This document shows positions 22,422 to 29,400 of a stretch of 64,000 nt of DNA, piece after piece; the first letter of the stretch is position 1; the number at the start of each line of letters is the position of its first letter. The stretch is from Acidimicrobiales bacterium (GTDB taxonomy: Bacteria; Actinomycetota; Acidimicrobiia; Acidimicrobiales; Aldehydirespiratoraceae). Location: contig JBMTIM010000007.1 of NCBI GenBank assembly GCA_049437325.1, positions 10,818 through 74,817 of the forward strand, read 5' to 3'. A program made the translations under genes and the position numbers. The notes under the pieces are model-generated. The model saw nothing but the letters and a program-made list of their open reading frames with translations, made no database searches and was not told where the DNA came from.

Positions 22422-22898
22422 TCAGGCCAAGAGGTCCCCGAGTTGCCCGGCGATCTCTTCCGGAGAGACGGTCGGACCGAACCGTTGGACGACCTCGCCG
22501 GCAGCGTTCACCAGAAACTTCTCGAAGTTCCATGCAATGTCGGACGTCTCGCCATCACCGGGCTGCTCGGCCTTGAGCCACGTGTAGAGCTCGGCGGCAT
22601 TGTCACCGTTGACATCGATTTTCGCGAACATCGGAAAGTCGACACCGAAGTTCTCGGTGACAAAGACCCGAATCTCCTCGGCCGATCCCGGCTCCTGACC
22701 ACCGAACTGATTGCACGGGAAGGCCAAGACTCGGACGCCGTTGTCATCATGATGAAGCGCACGCAGACCTGCGTACTGAGGCGCGAGGCCTCAAGCGGAC
22801 GCGACGTTGACGACGAGGCAGGCGGCATCGGCGAAATCGGAGAACGAGACCTGTTCACCTTCCAGCGATGCCATTTCGAATGCATGAAATCGGCTCAT
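22422..22898 (-). CDS. gpx: Glutathione peroxidase with an in-frame UGA at the catalytic position (probable selenocysteine enzyme)
   Basis: Hand translation from the ATG at 22898 gives MSRFHAFEMASLEGEQVSFSDFADAACLVVNVASA-TGA-GLAPQYAGLRALHHDDNGVRVLAFPCNQFGGQEPGS. This joins track ORF 22422..22727 in frame. The TGA (22791-22793) aligns with the Cys of the NVASxCGxTPQY motif. The full length is 158 codons, as in typical bacterial GPx. Confidence 0.8.
22757..22793 (-). promoter_or_regulatory. Candidate bacterial SECIS element directly 3' of the gpx UGA
   Basis: The mRNA reads UGA GGC CUC GCG CCU CAG UAC GCA GGU CUG CGU GCG C. It forms an ACGCA/UGCGU stem with a GGUC apical loop. The GCAGGUCUGC core (22763-22772) is identical to the apical part of the E. 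coli fdhF SECIS as I recall it. Confidence 0.65.
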
Positions 22899-22973
22899 GC
22901 GGCGGCAGCGTACCGGCCAACAACGCCTGTCGGCGTCGACCCTCCCACCGATCACCGACGATCACACCCCCGA

Positions 22974-23351
22974 TCACTCGGTCGATGGTGCTGCCCAGTC
23001 GGGATCGTCGAAGCGCTGGATCTCCACGAGATGCCCATCCGGGTCTCGCAGAAAGGCATGGGTGATCCCGAAACGATCGTTGTGGGCAACTGGACGTTCG
23101 AACACCAGCCCGGCAGCGACCAACGCAGCACAGTACGACTCGACGTCGTCTCGGACGAGCGTCACGATGAGCCCCGGTGCCCCCACCGGCCGGTCACTCA
23201 CACAGATACCGAGAAAGCCTGATTCGCTCACCTGGTAGATCCGGCACGATCCTTGGTCGACCACCAGCACCAACCCGAGACAGCCTTCGTAGAAGGCAGC
23301 CGACTCGTCGAGGTCGGTCACCGACAGAAACGTCACGAACGCATCGTTCAT
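22974..23351 (-). CDS. VOC/glyoxalase/bleomycin-resistance-family protein
   Basis: Track ORF 22974..24032, trimmed to the ATG at 23351 (MNDAFVTFLSVTDLDESAAFYEGCLGL...). 125 aa. Confidence 0.7.
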   Translation of the reverse strand: MNDAFVTFLSVTDLDESAAFYEGCLGLVLVVDQGSCRIYQVSESGFLGICVSDRPVGAPGLIVTLVRDDVESYCAALVAAGLVFERPVAHNDRFGITHAFLRDPDGHLVEIQRFDDPDWAAPSTE

Positions 23352-23477
23352 CGTGGCGAACCGTAGCCGGTCGGTTGGGTCTTCCGAGGCGCCCCGTTCC
23401 TCCGACCGTTCCGCCGCCGGTACCCTTACGGTTGCTGGGTTCCCGATCCGCGCTGAGCGGTCGCAGAGGTCGTTGCA

Positions 23478-26400
23478 TTGGATGCCGTTTCGAGCGCTGG
23501 TCACAGTGGTGGACCCCAGTCGGCCGGCACCGCTGGTTCGGTGCCGGTTCCGGTCGCCGTCGGCCCTCGCCGTGAGGCGGTGCACGAACCGACCCGCACG
23601 CAGCGGCTGATCTGGGCGAGTCAGCGTCGCTATGACGGGATCCCACTGGCCAACATGGGAGAGCGGGTGCGTATCCGCGGACCGCTCGACCCTCGTCGTT
23701 TCGTGGCGGCGTTCGATGCAGTCGTCCGAACGGTGGACGTGCTGCGTTCGGTCGTGGAACCCGACGGGTCGCGTATCGGCGTTCTGGCAGCACCCCCGGC
23801 CCAAACGCTCGTACTCGACGTGCCGATCGACGAACTCGAGGAATGGTCGGCCGAACGGATCGCGCAACCCATCGATGCAACCACCTGCGTGTACGACTCT
23901 GTTCTGCTCCACCATGGCGACGACGACTGGACGTGGTGGCTCGACATTCACCACATCGCCATCGATGCGTGGGGGGCAGCACGACTCGCCGAGGCCGTCT
24001 CGACCGCCTACCGCCACGACGGAGCTCCCCACGACGCTGATCTGGACAACGTCGTAACGGGATCATTCTTCGACTCGGTCGGCCCCGACGACGAGGCGGG
24101 CCCAACTCGAGCGGCAGAGTGGGCACAGGACGCACAGACAGCCGGACCGCAAGCCCCACTCACCCCGTACGGACCTCGAGGTGAGAGAACGACACGGGTC
24201 GATCGTTGCCCACTCCCCAGAGACGGCTGGCACGAGTCTCTGGATGAGGCGCTGCAAGGTCCGTACCGGGCCCTTTCTCCAGAACTCAGCCTTCTGGCCC
24301 TGTCGGCAATGGCAACAACGATTGCGATGCGACGGTTCGACGGCCGGTCGAGTGTGGTGGTCGGTGTCCCGGTCCATCATCGATCGGGCCGCTCCGGGAG
24401 CACGGCGATCGGGCCGATGATGGAGCTCTACCCGATGGTCGTCACCTTCGACGACAACGAGACCCATCGGGAGATGTTTGCTCGCACGGTCCGGTCGGTG
24501 ATGCAGGTCTTGCGAAGGGCTCGCCCGGGAGAGAGTCCCGACACGCCGTTCGAGATCGTGTTGAACGTCACCACAGCCCGGTGGGACACCTTCGCCGGCT
24601 ATCCGGCCCGGCGTGACTGGGTGCGATCGGGTCACGTCGAGCCGAACCACGCCATCCGCGTGCAGGTCTTCGACGAATTCGATCCATCGGTCGAGGGTGA
24701 CCACGTCTTGCGTTGGGAGCTGGACCTCAACCGCAGTCTTTCGATCGACGGTTCACACCGTGCCCTGCCGCGGCACTTCGCTGCGATCCTGCAGGGGATC
24801 CTCGACCCGCCTGCCGATCAGGCCGGTCGGACGGCTGTTGTCGACAACCACGAGCGGAAGGATCTTGCGGCGCTCAACCCACGACCGCTGGTTCGCAGCG
24901 TCGATCGCCCGGTCCATGACGTGATTCGTGAGCGCCTGACCGACACCCCCGACGACATCGTGGTCGAACACGGTGCCGTCACCATCACCGGGTCTGAGTT
25001 CGATCGACGAGCCGACGCACTTGCCCACCGACTCGTCGCCGACGGGCTTCGCCTCGGAGATCCGGTCGGACTGCGCATGGGGCGAAGCATCGAGGTCCTG
25101 ATCGCTGTCCACGGAGTGCTGCGAGCCGGTGGGCGGTTCGTGTTTCTCGACCCTGCAGACCCGGTCGGTCGGCACGAGACGATTGCCGCCGATGCGGGTC
25201 TGTTCACGATTCTCGATCGCCTCCCGTCCGAGGCGGCCACCGATTCAGACACCACCGACGCTCCCGGCCTCCCGACGGTCAACCTCGACGACGGGGCATA
25301 CATCCTGTACACGTCGGGCTCGACCGGGCTGCCGAAAGGGGTGCCGATCTCTCATCGGGGACTCGCCGACTACCTCGACTTCGCGGTCGAGTCGTACTGC
25401 GACCCGGCGAACCCTCCGTGGGTGGCACTGCACTCGGCACTCGTGTTCGACCTGTCCATCACCAGTGTTTTCCTTTCGATGCTGACCGGTGGTCGAACGG
25501 TCGTCTTCGACACCGATCCGGTCGAGGCGCTCGGCCAGATCAGTCGAGATCCCCGAATCACGTTCCTGAAGGGCACGCCGTCACAGCTCGAGATCCTCAC
25601 CCGCGTGGCGGATGGCCCACTGTCGATCGACACCTTCGTCGTGGGCGGAGAAGCGTTCCGACGCCCTGTGGCAGACCGGGTCCGTGTCCAATGTGCTGGA
25701 ACGGTCCGGATCTTCAACGAGTACGGCCCCACCGAAGCGGTGGTCGGCTGCATGATCCATGAGTACGACCCTGCGAGCGACATCGGTGTCGACGTTCCGA
25801 TCGGGCATGCTGCGCCAGGTAGCCGTCTCGTCGTCCTCGACGCGCTGGGTGAGGTTGCACCACCGGGCGTCTGGGGCGAACTCTTCGTGCACCGCCCCGG
25901 GATGGCGACCGGCTATCTCAACCGTCCGGAGCTGAGCCTCGAGCGGTTCGGGCCGCCGCCTGTCACCGACGACGATCGACTGGTGCTCGGCGACGACGAG
26001 ACCCTCCTTCATTCCACGGTCTGGTATCGCACCGGCGACCGCGTCCGAGTGGAACGTCTCGGTGTACTCGTGTACGGCGGCCGAGAGGACGACCAACTCA
26101 AGGTCAACGGCATCCGACTCGAGCCGGCCGAAGTCGAAGCCGCTCTGGTCTCCCATCCGGGGATCGACAACGCACTGGTGCGGGTGTGGCAGCCCACCGA
26201 CGCGGCCAACCGCATCGGTGTTCGACGGTGTGCACAGTGCGGTCTCGGTGTCGACGTCCCCGGGGTGGACATCGACGCCCTCGGTGTGTGCTCCGTGTGT
26301 CGGCAGTTCGAAGAAGTCGAACCACAGACGAGAGATTGGTTCCGAACCCCCGCCGACCTCGACGACCGCCTACGAACGGCTCGCGAGCGACGCACCGGGG

Positions 26401-29400
26401 ACTACGACTGCCTGCACCTGCTGTCGGGGGGGAAGGACTCGACCTATGCCCTGTATCAACTCGTCGAGCGGGGCTGGCAGGTCCACGCCCTGACCCTCGA
26501 CAACGGGTTCATCTCCGAGGGCGCGAAAGAAAACGTTCGACGGAGCATCGCCGACCTGGGGATCACCCACGAGTTCGTAACGACCGACGCAATGAACGCC
26601 ATCTTCGCCGACAGCCTCGATCGCTACTCCAACGTCTGCCAAGGTTGCTACAAGACGATCTACACCCTCGCCGTTGCCCGAGCCGAAGCGCTTGGCATCC
26701 CGGTGATCGTCACCGGCCTGTCGCGCGGGCAGTTCTTCGAAACCCGACTCGTCCCCCACCAATTCGAAGCGGGCCGTTTCGATCCCGCCGCCATCGACGC
26801 CACCGTGCTCGAGGCTCGACGGGTGTACCACGCAACCCACGATGCCGTGACCGAACTGTTGCCGGAGCAACGCGTCTTCGACGACCCGACCGTGCTCGAC
26901 CGCCTCGAGTTCCTGGACTTCTACCGCTACGTCGACGTGCCCTTGCACGAGCTCTACGACTTCCTCGAGCACCGTGCTCCATGGGTCCGGCCAGCCGACA
27001 CAGGACGATCGACGAACTGTCTCATCAACGTGGCCGGTATCCGAGTCCACCAGCAAGAGCGCGGCTACCACAACTACGCCGAGCCCTACAGCTGGGACGT
27101 CAGACTCGGCCACAAGACCCGCGACGAAGCCCTCGAGGAACTCGACGATCTCATCGATGAGACCGAGGTCACCGCCATTCTCGGGGAGATCGGATACGAA
27201 CCGAAGACGCAAGGCGTCCTGACCGCGTGGTACCAAAGCGTCGACGGCGTCGATCTCGACCCTGACGAACTTCGCCGATCGCTGCGCGACCGGCTGCCGG
27301 CCCACGCCATTCCCTCTGCATTCGTGCGGCTCGACGAGGTACCACTCGCTGCGAGCGCCAAAGCAGACCCCGATCTTCTTCCCGCCCCGACCCGCTTCCA
27401 CCGTCGAGGTGGAGCCGGTGTGCGGCCCGAGACCCCGACCGAGGAACGGCTCGTCACCATCTGGGGCGAGCTTCTCGGACTCGACTCGGTCGGGATCACC
27501 GACGACTTCTTCGACCTCGGGGGCGCCTCACTCGACGCCCTCGCTGTCGTCGCCCGAATCGACGCCGCGTTCGGCACGGATCTCCCCGACGCTGCGGTGT
27601 TCCGAGCCCGGACGATCGCAGAACTTGCCGCCATCGTGGATGGTGCCGAAGCGATCGATGCCCCGACACCTGTCGACCTACCCGACGGCCCGCTCCCCCT
27701 CTCCCCCGGAGAGGAGTACATGCTCTTCGAGTACCGGACCGACCCGATCAATCCCCGGTACAACGTCACCCGGCTCTACACCCTCGAAGGTCACGACGAG
27801 CCGATCGACATCGAGCAGCTCGAAACCGCACTTCGCGATGTGGTCATGCACCACGAAACCCTGCACACCTGTTTCGACCGCAACCGCACAACCCTCGACC
27901 GCACGACTGCCCTGCGCTTCGTCGACCTCGGCGCAGTGCGCCACGACGAACTCGACGACTGGTCGACCCGAATCCAGCGCGAACCATTCGACCTCGACGC
28001 CGGACCGCTGGTGCGGGCCCACGTCGGTGATCTCGGGGACGGGCGCGTTGCACTCTTCCTCGGCATGCATCACATCGTTCTCGGATCAGGCACGTTCGAC
28101 ACGTTCTGGAGCCAGATCACCCGCCGCGTGGCAGGGGAGGCCCTCCCCGACCTCCCGGTCAGCTACGCCCACCACAGCTTGCAGCAGCGGCGCCGGCACA
28201 CCGAAGACGACACCAGTGCACGATTCTGGGCCGACAGCTTCGGCGAGGCCGAAGCGGCATCGCTCCGGCTCGCCGTCGACGACACCGAACCCGACGGGTA
28301 CCTCGTCGCCTCGTCATCGGTCACTGTTGCGGAGATGAACGCCGTGGGGCGCACGGCGTTCTCGACCGCCCTGGCATCGGCCGGCATCGTCGTGTCGACG
28401 TTCTCCGGGTCGGGACAGGTCCAGATCGGGATCACAGCGTCGTCGAACGATCGCCCCGACACCGCCGAGGTAATCGGCTACTACCTGAACCCGATCGCAC
28501 TCTCGCTCTCGGTCGAGGCCAACGACACGTTCACCGACTTGGTCGGTCAGGCTGCCGACACGATGGAGGCGGCACTACCGCACCGGACGTACCCCTTCGC
28601 CTGGGTCGTTCGCGACGCCCGCGACGCCGGCCGCCCCGTACCCGACGTGTCGGTGATGCTTGCCTACGAGCGCATCGACCAGCCGACCTATCCGGGTGCA
28701 ACCGCCGAGCAACGGATCCTCGCCACCGGCTCGTCGGTCGCCGATGTCACCTTCTTCGTCCAAGAGCGCGGGGACGACATCCGCCTGGCCCTCGAGTACC
28801 GCGGTTCGGTCGTGAGCGAGCAGGCTGCCGAGCGACTGCTCGCCGCCTTCCGGACCACGCTGGAAGACGGTGTCCGGAATCCGACCAGGCACATCGCCCA
28901 CCTCACCGAACCCCATCGGGGAGATGATCTCGATGGGCCAGCGCTCGACGACACCGCACTGGTGCTGGAACGCCTGATCGGCCACATCGACACGACTCCG
29001 ACTGCAGCTGCAGTGGCGGACGCGACCGGCCGTGTACTCGACTACCGCAGTCTCGGGCGAGCCGTCGATGCCACAGCGGCCGCAGTGATCACAGCGCTCG
29101 ACGGCGTGCAACCGAAGAGGGTCGGTGTGGCGGTGGCCCGATCGATCGAGATGGTCGTCGGACTCTACGGAGCTCAGGTCGCCGGAGGTGCCGCCGTCCC
29201 GCTCGATCCAACCCTGCCCGACACCCGTCTCGCTGCCATCGCCAACGCAGCCGAGCTCGATGTCGTCATCACCGACGATCCGGACCGCCACCGTCGGTGG
29301 GCACCGCACACCGTGGCCGTTGCTGGTCCGACCGAAGGTGATACGGCCTCACTGGTCGAGCGGGTGCGCACGATCGACGGATCCGACGACAGTTACGTGA

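Noticed and set aside
22791-22793. The gpx TGA as a simple nonsense mutation, i.e. a pseudogene.
   Set aside because: A one-base change from TGC/TGT is possible. However, the stop sits exactly at the redox-active residue, the rest of the frame is intact over 158 codons, and an fdhF-like GGUC-loop hairpin built from unusual codons follows at SECIS distance. I kept this as a caveat in the finding, because it cannot be excluded without the rest of the genome.
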